In this document: positions 12,974 through 24,761 of the stretch, piece after piece
Position numbering within the stretch: position 1 is the stretch's first letter
How the letters are laid out: each line of letters begins with the position of its first letter
NCBI GenBank assembly: GCA_965240325.2
Contig: OZ251225.1
Coordinates: 3,286,001 to 3,350,000, forward strand
Length of the DNA: 64,000 nt
Direction of reading: 5' to 3'
From: Rebecca billardiae RCC1528
Lineage: Eukaryota > Protista > Haptophyta
Notes under the pieces: model-generated
Database searches by the model: none
The model's input: the letters and a program-made list of their open reading frames with translations, nothing else
Told to the model about the DNA's origin: nothing
Position numbers and translations under genes: made by a program

Positions 12974-13736
12974 TCAGAAGACGGCGGACTTGCCGATGAA
13001 CTCCTCCGCCACGAAGGCGGTGATGGCGACCATCGCGAGCCGGCCGTTCGCCAGCTCCTTGTCCTGCATCTCGCGCCTGCCGCGCGCGTCCATCTTGCCC
13101 CACAGACCCAGCGGGTCGAAGCCAAGGTCGCCGGCGATCTTCTGCTCCGGCGCGAGCGGGTTGATCTCGCCCACCTCCGCAAACACCGCAATGCCCACCA
13201 CGAGCAGCCAGAAGACCGCGCTCACCTGGCCGAGGCCGCCGTTCAGGACCGATGGCGCGCGCCCGCCCGTCACGTCCGTGATCGCCGGCAGGTTCAGCAC
13301 GTTCGCGATCGGCTTGTTCAGCAGCTCCGCCAGCGGCCAGTTCGCGGCCGCCAGCATCGCAAGCCGGCAGTGCCGGATCTCCGCCTCGCGGTAGAAGTCG
13401 AGGCGCGACTTGCTCTCCGCCAGGTTGAGCGGGTCGAAGCCTGTGCGCGGCATGGGCGCGAGCGTGAACGTGAGTGACGGCGAGCGCGCGCGCGTGCCAC
13501 GCTCGCGTTGGTGCGCGCGTGCGCGCGGCTCGCGCACCGTTGTCGCCGGCCATCGCGCCGTCGAGGAGCGCGGGCGCCTGCGCAAACGGCAGCGCCTTCG
13601 ACATGCGGTTCTCGGGCTCGGGCGGCGGGGTGGCCAGGTCCTCCATGCGCACAGAGACGGACGATGGCACGTTGGCGCGGGCGGGCGCGTGCACGCCGCT
13701 GAAGCCGAGGGTCGCGAGCGAGGAGATGGCGAGCAT
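12974..13736 (-). CDS. Light-harvesting chlorophyll a/c protein, Lhcz-like, copy 1 (one 97-nt intron, 221 aa)
   Basis: GFDPLNL, REAEIRHCRLAMLAA, GDLGFDPLG, KELANGRLAM; WPLAEL...GGRAPSVLNGGL is typical of Lhcz; signal-like N-terminus. Confidence 0.92.
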
Positions 13737-14611
13737 GACGATGAACGGAGAGGCGGTGTGATGCGCGTGCGGACGGTGGGTGGCGAGTCTTCGAGAACTC
13801 GACCGAAGGTCGCCGTCCGCGTCGTCGTCGCCGCGCCGCCGCGAAGGCCAGCCCAGGACCGAATCTCAAATCTGAAATCTCAAAATAATCTGAAATCTCA
13901 CAGACCACCGAACGTTGGCCGGCGCGGGGCGGGAGGCCACCGCCCGGACCCAGCGCCGACCACGATGGCCGGCTTTAGACGAGACGTGTTCCCGCGAGCC
14001 TCGTGCCTGCCGCTGCGCGTGTCGTAGATTGGAGGTGAGGTGTTCGGAGCGCGCTCAGCACAACGCAGACAAGCGAGGCTTGTCATGTGCCGTCGAAACC
14101 GAGATGCGCTGATTGCTGCGAGCGGGTGGAGTGGCAAGAGCATTGTGTTTTGCGGGCGCTGGGCGGCAGGATCGTGAGTGAGTTCGGGCGGTGGCAATGC
14201 ACTCTCTCGGTGATGATGCCACCGAGGACACACTGCAACGGCGGCGAGTACGTTCGATCATACGCCTTAGCGAATATAGTGGGAGAAAAAATCACGTCGC
14301 TGGTAATAAGCACTCTATCGTCACCGTAGCAGCCTGATTCCGCCAGACCTCCGTGCCGAGTGCGCTCGTCGGCTCGTGCAACCGACTAGTGTTGGCACCG
14401 TCGGCACCATATTGACTGAAGTGCTGGTCCCAAGACCCAACTCTGCGGTCCGCGCCAAACTGCCCTGGGGGTTCTGCTGATGAACACGATCTGGATGACA
14501 TGGCGGCGGCAGATAGAGATCTATCCACTCATTGTGGCATCGTCGGCGCTGACTGCTACAGTAAGTGCACTGTATCATCAGGCATTGCGTTTACAACGGA
14601 CCGGCCCAAGC

Positions 14612-15374
14612 TCAGAAGACGGCGGACTTGCCGATGAACTCCTCCGCCACGAAGGCGGTGATGGCGACCATCGCGAGCCGGCCGTTCGCCAGCTCCTTGT
14701 CCTGCATCTCGCGCCTGCCGCGCGCGTCCATCTTGCCCCACAGACCCAGCGGGTCGAAGCCAAGGTCGCCGGCGATCTTCTGCTCCGGCGCGAGCGGGTT
14801 GATCTCGCCCACCTCCGCAAACACCGCAATGCCCACCACGAGCAGCCAGAAGACCGCGCTCACCTGGCCGAGGCCGCCGTTCAGGACCGATGGCGCGCGC
14901 CCGCCCGTCACGTCCGTGATCGCCGGCAGGTTCAGCACGTTCGCGATCGGCTTGTTCAGCAGCTCAGCCAGCGGCCAGTTCGCGGCCGCCAGCATCGCAA
15001 GCCGGCAGTGCCGGATCTCCGCCTCGCGGTAGAAGTCGAGGCGCGACTTGCTCTCCGCCAGGTTGAGCGGGTCGAAGCCTGTGCGCGGCATGGGCGTGAG
15101 CGTGAACGTGAGTGACGGCGAGCGCGCGCGCGTGCCACGCTCGCGTTGGTGCGCGCGTGCGCGCGGCTCGCGCACCGTTGTCGCCGGCCATCGCGCCATC
15201 GAGGAGCGCGGGCGCCTGTGCGAACGGCAGCGCCTTCGACATGCGGTTCTCGGGCTCGGGCGGCGGAGTGGCGACGTCCTCCATGCGCACAGAGACGGAC
15301 GAAGGCACGGTGGCGCGGGCGGGCGCGTTCACGCCGCTGAAGCCGAGGGTCGCGAGCGAGGAGATGGCGAGCAT
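14612..15374 (-). CDS. Lhcz-like LHC protein, copy 2
   Basis: Near-identical to copy 1, including the intron. Confidence 0.92.
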
Positions 15375-15641
15375 GACGACGATGAGCGGGAGTTGCCTCT
15401 GGGGTTCGCCTGCTGAACGCGGCCGTTTGTTGCGAACATGCCCGACACGAGTGCGCACACGCGGCTGCTGGGCAGCCCATGCATCTTGTCGAGAATCGTG
15501 AACAAGGTTCCTGAAAGTAAGCCGGAAGGTTCGGGACAAAAGCGCACAGTTGCCCTGATCCAGTCGGAAACTCTCGAAGACACGCATCCCGCACAAGCAC
15601 GCCGGCCACAGCCCTACCAACGCCCTTCCCGTCTCGTCGTC

Positions 15642-16404
15642 ATGCTCGCCATCTCCTCGCTCGCGACCCTCGGCTTCAGCGGCGTGCACGCGCCCGCCCG
15701 CGCCACCGTGCCATCTTCCGTCTCTGTGCGCATGGAGGACGTGGCCACCCCGCCGCCCGAGCCCGAGAACCGCATGTCGAAGGCGCTGCCGTTCGCACAG
15801 GCGCCCGCGCTCCTCGATGGCGCGATGGCCGGCGACAACGGTGCGCGAGCCGCGCGCACGCGCGCACCAACGCGAGCGTGGCACGCGCGCGCGCTCGCCG
15901 TCACTCACGTTCACGCTCACGCCCATGCCGCGCACAGGCTTCGACCCGCTCAACCTGGCGGAGAGCAAGTCGCGCCTCGACTTCTACCGCGAGGCGGAGA
16001 TCCGGCACTGCCGGCTCGCGATGCTGGCGGCCGCGAACTGGCCGCTGGCGGAGCTGCTGAACAAGCCGATCGCGAACGTGCTGAACCTGCCGGCGATCAC
16101 GGACGTGACGGGCGGGCGTGCGCCATCGGTCCTGAACGGCGGCCTCGGCCAGGTGAGCGCGGTCTTCTGGCTGCTCGTGGTGGGCATTGCGGTGTTTGCG
16201 GAGGTGGGCGAGATCAACCCGCTCGCGCCGGAGCAGAAGATCGCCGGCGACCTTGGCTTCGACCCGCTGGGTCTGTGGGGCAAGATGGACGCGCGCGGCA
16301 GGCGCGAGATGCAGGACAAGGAGCTGGCAAACGGCCGGCTCGCGATGGTCGCCATCACCGCCTTCGTGGCGGAGGAGTTCATCGGCAAGTCCGCCGTCTT
16401 CTGA
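15642..16404 (+). CDS. Lhcz-like LHC protein, copy 3 (intron 15841-15937)
   Basis: Near-identical inverted copy, head-to-head with copy 2. Confidence 0.92.
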
Positions 16405-16590
16405 GCTGGGACTGAATAATTGATACAGTAAAGTCATCTGTCACAATCTGGCTTCCTCAGTGCCGATGCCACTATAGCACTAGTACATGTTACTAATAAC
16501 GGATAGTTGTACTAACGGAGAGTGCGACCGCTTGTAACCCCCACCCTACCGCGCGCTCACCCGCCGGCCGCCTGCGTTCGGAGCCTGAAC

Positions 16591-19500
16591 TTAGCGGTCC
16601 TCCGGTGACGATGAAGCGGGCGTGGCCACGGCCCGCGAGCACACGAACGGCAGCGGTTGAGCGCACTGCCACCACGCGCCGAGTCCTCCGCCGATCAGGT
16701 GAGCGCACTGCTCCTGCCGCCGCAGCAACGAGCCAGCGTCCATCCAGCTCCGCTGCCACGCCGCACGCCCGGGCGTCGGGACGCGCGCGCGCGCAGCGCC
16801 GTCGCGCCAGCGCCAGCCCACCTCCACCCGCCGCCCCGCCCCAGCCGAGAGCCAGCGCGGCACCCAGCTCCGATCGCGCGGCGTGCGCACGAGGCCGACC
16901 CACGCTGCGGCCGAGACGCCGTCAAGCAGGCAGAGCGCGGCGCGCAGCGCGTCCGGCCCGGGCAGGACGGCGAGGGCGGCGCCCATCGCCGCGCACGCCT
17001 CCGCCGCGCGCGCCGCGGGCCGCGGGCGCGGCTCGAGGCGCAGCTCGAGCTCGCCCGCGCGCACCCAGCGCCCGGCGCCCGCCTGCCCCCGGGCCTCGCA
17101 CGCCGCGCACTCGGCGCGCGCGCGCGCGCTCGCGTGCGCCCAGAGGGCCAGCGCGAGGCTCAAATACGCCAGCACGACGAGCAGGCTGCCCAGCACCGCG
17201 CGGTTGCACAGCAGCCGCTGCAGCCGGCCGAGCGCGCTCGTCTTGAACTGCTGGCTCCTCGTGCGCGTGTACTCGCGCGGGCGCCGAGGCGGCCTTTGGC
17301 TCGGCTCGGAGAACGTGACGGCGCCGCCGTGCGCACCTGCGGCTGCGCGCGCGCCTGCCGTCGTGTGCGAGGGTCCGGCGCCCAAGCCGTGTCCGGAGCG
17401 CAAGCTTGGCTTTCTGGGCGGCTCGGCATCCGCGCCGCCGCCGTCCCCGCTGCCGCCGCCGTCCCCAGGATCTGCGCCGAGCACAAGCCTGCTCACGTGC
17501 CGGCTGAACTCCAGGGCGCCCCCCGTCGCGTCCACGACCGCCATCAGCCGCGAGTAGTCTGCCGCACTCGTCGCCTTGCACGCGCGCACATCGAAGGGCG
17601 GGGCGCGCGGCCGCCGGCCTTTCGCGCCGTCGGCGTGCGCGCCGTCCTCCGGCGCGCCGATGTGTCGGACCTCCACCTCAATGCCGCGAAGGTGTGTGAA
17701 CGTGAAGAGCTCCACCACACACCAGAGCCTGCGCAGGCGCCGGGTGAGGAGCGGGGCGCGCCGCGGCCGAGTGTGCCGCCGCGGACGCCGGCGGGGGCGA
17801 GGCGGGCGCGCGCAGAGTGAGGGGCGGGGGCCGCCCCCCGCACCCACCGCCTCCCCCGCGCCCCCGCCCAGCCCGCGCGCGTGCGCCGCGCGTGCGCCGC
17901 GCGTGCGCCGCGCGTGCGCCGCGCCAGCCGCACACACCTGTCGAGGTAGGTCGCCCCCTTGAGAACCACCAGGCTGGAGCAGCCCGCGAGATACAGCGGC
18001 AGATTGGGCAGGTCGCGGCCGATGTCGGCCTGGTCGATGCTGCGGGCGCGCCGCCGCGCGCCGCGCGCGGGGTGGGTGGTGTGGCGCGGCGTGTGCGGCC
18101 GTGCGGCGTGCGCGGGGCTGCTGCCGGGCCGCGGTGCCGCGGAGCCGAGCGGTGCGCTGGCCACCGCCGGTGCAGTCGCTCTACATGCGCTGCTGGGTGC
18201 GAGAGGCGGAGCCAGCGGCAAGAGCGCAGGGCCGGCCTGCCGCCTAGCTCTGCGCAATCGCGCGCCCGGCCGAGGCGCGGCGCTCACGAGCGTCGTGCGC
18301 ACGCACGCCCCCTGAACGGCGCCGCCCGCTCCGCCGCGCGCCGCGCCGGCCGCCCCGCGCGCACCAGCAGCGGTCGAGCCAAACTACCGGCTCGCGGCCG
18401 TTGTGCGTGTCTCTAAAGTCGTGCCGCCAGCCCTCGAAGGCGGCCCACTTGAGCGCCGGGTCGTCGTGCCAGCTGGGGTGGGCGCGGGGCGCGGAGGCGC
18501 GGCGCGCGCGCAGCGAGCGCCTTGCAGCGCGCACGCCCGCAACGTGCGACACAGCCGGGCGCACCGCGTGCGCGGCCGCGCGCGCCGCCCGCGGCCGCGC
18601 GCCGCGCGCCGCGCCGCGCGCACGAGTGGCTAATGAAAGCGTCCACGTCCGCGAGGGGCCACGGCGTGGAGAGCTGGTAGAAGCGGTTCGCCATCTCGAC
18701 GGGCGTGTCCGGCGCGTCTGGCGTGAACACCTCGACGCTGAGCAGCTCGGCCGGCACGGCGCGCATGCGCGCGGTCGCGGACGCGATGATGGCCGCCGCG
18801 CCGCCGTGCGCCGCTGGCGCAAACATGGTGGCGATGGCGGCGGCCGACGCGATGCCCTCCGTGCGCGAGGCGACGAGGGCCTGCGTGCGTCGCTGCAGCC
18901 CCGGCCACAGGTAGTTCACCAGCCCTGCGAGCTGCGCGCCCACCACCGCCGCGATCGCCGCGCTGCTCGAGCCGCCCCAGAAGCCCGGCAGGCTCGAACC
19001 GAGCAGCGCGCCGTAAGGGAGCATGCCGCACAGCAGGCCGAAGACGGCGGCGCTCGCGGTGGAGGAGTGCATGCGGCGGTGGAAGCGGCGGTTCGAGCGC
19101 GGGCCGTAGCCTCCCTTCCACAGCCCCCACACCATGCGTGGCGCGTAGTCGACCACGATGAGCAACGCACCCAGGCCAAACAGGCCACAGTACGCCGCGC
19201 GCGCGAGCGGCCATGCGCTGCGGCACGCACTCGGCGAGCTGAGCGCGTCGGCGACGATGCGCACGGCCGCGCGGATACACTGCGCGAAGATGAGCGTGTT
19301 GCCGTACGCGGCCCACAGCGAGATCGCGATGACCGGCGCCGAGTGCGTCGGCACGATCGCGTGCATGAGCAAGATGTAGTTCAGATAGTAGGCACTCATG
19401 CACCAGAAGAACGCATCGGAAGCGGCGGGCGTGACGTGCAGCGCGACGAGGCTGGGCACGCCGACGAGCACGAAGACGAACGCAAAGGGCGCCACCGCCC

Positions 19501-19768
19501 AGAGGTGCAGCCGCCAGCTGCTGCGGTGCGCCTCCTGCAGCCGGTCGCGGATCACCGTCGCGTGCGAGATCGACACGTCATCAAGCGCGTCGGAGACGTG
19601 CGCCGATGGCGAGCGCTGCGCTCGCGCCCCGGCTGGGGAGGCGCCCTCCTCGTCAAAACGCGTGTACGACGACGAGGGCCGCCGCGAGCGGCGCGCCCAT
19701 GCGGGAAGGCGTTGCCGCCGCTCGGTCTCCCCTGGCGGCGCTCGCCGTGTCCACCGCCATGTTTTCAT
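16591..19768 (-). CDS. Multi-pass membrane protein with TIR-like domain and C-terminal C-type lectin domain (830 aa; exons 19768-18624, 18472-18365, 18039-17938, 17728-16591)
   Basis: Three GT-AG introns splice in frame to DAFISHSWHDD...WLDRCCIDQ...LPLYLAGCSSLVVLKGATYLDRLWCVVELFTF; then TM (AVLGSLLVVLAYLSLALALW) and CTLD motifs (AAEAC, AWVGL, CAHL...WWQC...PFVC). Confidence 0.78.
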
Positions 19769-19828
19769 TGCCTGCTGGCTGCTCGTTGAAAGCCGGCTCT
19801 CTCTGGGGAGCCCCGGCTGGCTCTGCCG

Positions 19829-19923
19829 GCTACAGTTTATTTGTTTTAACGTGCGTAAGGCTCACGGTGGCAGGTTGCCGCGCCATCCTTCATCGCACGC
19901 TCTCCGAAGAGAGACCTGGAAAC
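19829..19923 (-). repeat. 95-bp dispersed structured repeat, copy 1
   Basis: Exact reverse complement of 58962-59056. Confidence 0.9.
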
Positions 19924-20991
19924 AGTGACGAACGGCTCGGCTGCCTTGGCGCCAGGAGTCCGGGAGCCAGGCGGCTGGGACGCTGGTGCGTACTTGAATC
20001 TCGCCTGCCTGAGCTGTGTGCGTCTCTTATTCTTAGTAAACTGTACTCCTACCATCCAGCTACTGCCGGCTTGACGGGGGGCCGCCGCCGCCGCCCGGCC
20101 GGGGCGTGTGCTTCACATCGCGTGTACAAGGGTGGTACGCCCAAAGGAACGCCGGTACCGCCCTTGGCTTGTATATAGTTGCAAGGGGGGCCCTCGGTTG
20201 GTACGCCCCACAGGCCACACCGGGGGCTGGCGACGGACACCGACAACCGCAAGTTCGCGACGAGCACTACCTGGCCCTTGTCGCCGCAGCAAGGCCATGG
20301 AAACTTACAACAGTAGCTTATTGAACGCATCCAATGCTACGAGTGAAGAAGCAATGCAAAGCGGCAGCTACAGTAGAAGACGCAGCCGATCGACCAGTCA
20401 TACGCGCGTCGGCCAGCGGGCTGTGCCTGTTGCGCGGAGGTCTCAGGAATCGGGCTGCTACTCGGCGATAGACACCAGTGACATGATGTTGTTCGTGCAC
20501 TACATCTCCTAAGGCGTATGATCGCACGTACTCGCCGCCGTTGCAGTGTGTTCTCAGTGGCATCATCACCTAGAGTGTGCATTCATCATGAAGGATCGCA
20601 GCAATCAGAGCCCAATCAGCGCATCTCGGTTTCGACGGCACATGACCAGTCACGCTTGTCTGCGTTGTGCTGAGCGCGCTCCGAACACCTCACCTCCAAT
20701 CTACGACACGCGCAGCGGCAGGCACGAGGCTCGCGGGAACACGTCTCGTCTAAAGCCGGCCATCGTGGTCGGCGCTGGGTCCGGGCGGTGGCCTCCCCGC
20801 CCCGCGCCGGCCAACGTTCGGTGGTCTGTGAGATTTCAGATTATTTTGAGATTTCAGATTTGAGATTCGGTCCTGGGCTGGCCTTCGCGGCGGCGCGGCG
20901 ACGACGACGCGGACGGCGACCTTCGGTCGAGTTCTCGAAGACTCGCCACCACCGTCCGCACGCGCATCACACCGCCTCTCCGTTCATCGTC

Positions 20992-21754
20992 ATGCTCGCC
21001 ATCTCCTCGCTCGCGACCCTCGGCTTCAGCGGCGTGCACTCGCCCGCCCGCGCCACCGTGCCATCGTCCGTCTCTGTGCGCATGGAGGACGTCGCCACCC
21101 CGCCGCCCGAGCCCGAGAACCGCATGTCGAAGGCGCTGCCGTTTGCGCAGGCGCCCGCGCTCCTCGACGGCGCGATGGCCGGCGACAACGGTGCGCGAGC
21201 CGCGCGCACGCGCGCACCAACGCGAGCGTGGCACGCGCGCGCGCTCGCCGTCACTCACGTTCACGCTCGCGCCCATGCCGCGCACAGGCTTCGACCCGCT
21301 CAACCTGGCAGAGAGCAAGTCGCGCCTCGACTTCTACCGCGAGGCGGAGATCCGGCACTGCCGGCTTGCGATGCTGGCGGCCGCGAACTGGCCGCTGGCG
21401 GAGCTGCTGAACAAGCCGATCGCGAACGTGCTGAACCTGCCGGCGATCACGGACGTGACGGGCGGGCGTGCGCCGTCGGTCCTGAACGGCGGCCTCGGCC
21501 AGGTGAGCGCGGTCTTCTGGCTGCTCGTGGTGGGCATTGCGGTGTTTGCGGAGGTGGGCGAGATCAATCCGCTCGCGCCGGAGCAGAAGATCGCCGGCGA
21601 CCTTGGCTTCGACCCGCTGGGTCTGTGGGGCAAGATGGACGCGCGCGGCAGGCGCGAGATGCAGGACAAGGAGCTGGCAAACGGCCGGCTCGCGATGGTC
21701 GCCATCACCGCCTTCGTGGCGGAGGAGTTCATCGGCAAGTCCGCCGTCTTCTAA
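20992..21754 (+). CDS. Lhcz-like LHC protein, copy 4
   Basis: Near-identical; also shares ~0.5 kb of upstream sequence with copy 1 in inverted orientation. Confidence 0.92.
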
Positions 21755-21844
21755 ATTCGTCTAAACATATTGTCATCATGTACTACGATAAGTTATGATC
21801 TACGTACGTATGCTACTCTAAGGTACGCCCCCAGCTTTTCATAA

Positions 21845-23517
21845 TGGCCCGCGGTGCAGGGCGGAGCGCGCAGCGTGGAGCCCGCACCAGCGGGCCCGAA
21901 CAACGTTTCAAAAAGATCTTTGATCAAGAAAAAAGGGACGGGGGACGATTTTCATGGCTGGAGGAGACCGAGTTTCGAATTTTGAGACCCTCTCTAACCG
22001 ATGCATCACGGCCGAAAAAGGTCGCGCCCACGGCAAGTTCATAGTAAAGCGTGGAGTGACGCCCGTCCAAAAAACTTCACGCCCTTTAGGATCCCTAACG
22101 TAACGAATAACCGTTACAAGCGATTTTTCCGGCCAATGAGATTGCAGCAAGGTCCAAGGAGCGATGACGTATCTAGATACAGATTGCCGCGAACCGATGT
22201 GACCATGTACGTCCCTTGAATCAGTTGAATCAACTATTCAATCGCGCCGTGTCTGTATCAGGAGCCGACGAGGCAAGGGTCAGTAGCCGATGGGCCAACC
22301 TCGGCGAATCTCAATACTATCTGACGCGAACGGACTTGGTTGGGCGCGCGCGTGGCCCCGGGCGGCGGCCCACCAGAGGCGGCCCGCGTTTGGAGGCGAG
22401 CCACGGGCACGAGGCTCGAGGACCGACGGGTGAGGACGGCGATGGGCAGGTGCGCGCGGCGAATGGCGCCTGGAGCGCGCGGCTGCGGCGGGTCCCGACT
22501 GCCGTCGACATCGCGTTCGTCGAGTGCCCCCGCTCACTCCGCGCGCCCCCGCCGCCCCTGCCGCCCTGTCGATGCCTCGGCGCGGCCTTGCGCGGCCCCG
22601 GCGTGTCCGCGAGCCGGCGCCGCAGCCGCCGCCCTGTGTTCGGGCTCTCGCAAGCTCGGGGGCAGCGGCGCCTGATGCCGGACTGATCGATCTCTGAGCC
22701 TTCGACTTCACCACGCGCCGCCCTTGCCATGCCTTTCCGGGGTCTCCCAGAACTCTTCTTGATTGAGAGAGAGCAGGCGCGCCGACGATCCGAGTCCATC
22801 GTCGGTCGACTCTGAGCGAGGGCTACGCCTCGGAACTGAACGGTACTCTACGAGGAGGACGAGCTGCGCGGGCGACGGTGGTGCGTGACGTCCCCAGAGC
22901 TGGCCGTGCCTCTGCAACGCGTGCCGAGCCTGATCGAGGTGTGTCAGCTGCCCGTGCACGCGCGGCGAGTGCGCGAACCGGATCACCGGTGCCCTCGCAC
23001 CTCGGCACCGTGCTCCCTCGGGCTGTCAGCTCCGCGTGGCCTGGCGTGCACGTAGAGTTGCGCTCATGCGTCGATCGCGCCTCGCGCCCGCCTGTCGGCC
23101 GTCGCGCAGGCGCTGGTCGAACCCTACTCGGACCCTACTCCTCCAGCCCTACTCCCCCGGGCGCTGCCGGCGCGGGGGGTGACCCCGGGGACAGCGGTCA
23201 GCAGCAGCGGCCCGAACGAATCCGCGGCCCCGCACCGTGCTCCCTGGCTGTCAGCTCCGCGTGGCCTGGTGTGCACGTGGAGTCGCGCTCATGCGTCGAT
23301 CACGCCTCGTCGCATCCGCCTGTACACAATCGGCGCCGCGCCGGCGGCTGCAATGGGCCCGCCCGGCGCGGCGGGCGGCGGCGCGCCGCTGATGGAGTCT
23401 AGTTGTACGGGCATATGCAACTGGTCTGTCAATAGACGACTGCGATGGAGGGTGCACCGCCACCGCGGGCCCTGAACTACGTTCGTTCTACGGAAAAAGG
23501 ACCGCGGAACGCGGTCA
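21845..23517 (+). mobile_element. Family A non-autonomous element, copy A1 (Helentron/Helitron2-like)
   Basis: 5' TGGCCCGCGGTG; subterminal inverted copy CACCGCGGGCC at 23461-23471; terminal hairpin GACCGCG-GAA-CGCGGTC; homologous to 40354-41934 and 56941-58691. Confidence 0.8.
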
Positions 23518-23888
23518 TAATATCGTCGTCAGCATCAGCGCCTGATTCTGACATTCAATACGCTGCTGCTGTTAGTATCGCATCACACTGTCACGTATGT
23601 CTTATTACTCACGTCGTTACTCGTTAGACTCATTCTATGATTTAACGCCACACGTCCGGTCTCGGTCAGTCAGACGTCGTATTATAATAAAAATATATTC
23701 AATAACGACCCCCTCCCATGTATACTGCTCACTGCTATACTAGAATCGTCAGTCAGAGCTAGTCACCTAGCTCAGTTGAGATAGCCGTCAATCTTGCCTC
23801 TTAAGAGCGCTGCGAAGCCTGGGAGCCCTCAGAGCCAGAGGCACCAGCAGCTCAAGGCTAGAATTGACCCGCACTTCCAGGTGATGCT

Positions 23889-24593
23889 TCAGCCCGTGAC
23901 CACGTCCACGATGGCGTCGGGGTGTCGCAGCACCTCGTTGGCGCCCGCTGCGCGCAGAACGGCCGAGTGCATCTCGAAGTCGAGGTACGGCGGCACCACG
24001 CCCACGGCGTACATGCCCGCAGCGCGCGCCGCCACCATGTCGTCTCCGGTGTCGCCGACATACACAGCCCGCTCTGGTGGCACCGGGGTCGCGAGCTGAC
24101 TCATGGCTGTCGTCAGCGGGAACGGGTCCGGCTTACCGCGACCCTCTTGCTGTTCCATCGCGATGACGATGGGCAGATGCTTGTCCCACCCGAAGCGACC
24201 GAGTGTCCATCGTGCCTCGTCCTCTGGCCGGCCGGTCACAAGTGCCATCTGGCAGCCAAGGCCCGCAAGCGTGCCGAGTGTCGCGTCGCCGTTGATGACG
24301 GCGGGCTCGCTGGCGATGAGCCCATCAAAGGACTCGCCTTTGTAGCGCTTTTGGAAAGCCGCCACCACGTCGTCGTAAGGCACGTTCACCCCAGTCTCCT
24401 CCACGAGCGCAGCGGTGCACTTCCAGTCATTGTTGAAACCGCCGCGGTCCTTGAGCCTCTGCACGGCTCCCGGCTCGACCGGCTTCCCGATGAATTCGGC
24501 CGCAGTCTCCTCGATCGCCTTTCGATATGAGCCCGAGACGTCAACGAGGACCCCGTCCATGTCCCAAAGCACCGCGTCGAATCGTCGCGCCAT
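23889..24593 (-). CDS. HAD-superfamily hydrolase, subfamily IA (TIGR01548-like), intronless, 234 aa
   Basis: WDMDGVLVDVSGSYR, GGFNNDW, VTGRP, KPDP, YVGDTGDDM motifs. Confidence 0.88.
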   Translation of the reverse strand: MARRFDAVLWDMDGVLVDVSGSYRKAIEETAAEFIGKPVEPGAVQRLKDRGGFNNDWKCTAALVEETGVNVPYDDVVAAFQKRYKGESFDGLIASEPAVINGDATLGTLAGLGCQMALVTGRPEDEARWTLGRFGWDKHLPIVIAMEQQEGRGKPDPFPLTTAMSQLATPVPPERAVYVGDTGDDMVAARAAGMYAVGVVPPYLDFEMHSAVLRAAGANEVLRHPDAIVDVVTG

Positions 24594-24761
24594 CAAACCT
24601 GATGTGGCGCGTGTCCACGGCCTTGGTGCGCGGCAGCTGCGCCCGCACCGGATTCCACGCGGTCGCGACCCAGGCTGCAGCCGGGAGCACTCGTCCCCGG
24701 ACCACGTGCTTTCAGCTTTCGGCTGGCAAGCGACTGCGCGATAGCTTTTCACACCGAGGCC

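Noticed and set aside
21845-23521. 5-bp TSD (ATAAT) for family A
   Set aside because: Holds for A1 and A3 only, in low-complexity AT tracts; A2, B1 and B2 share only AT
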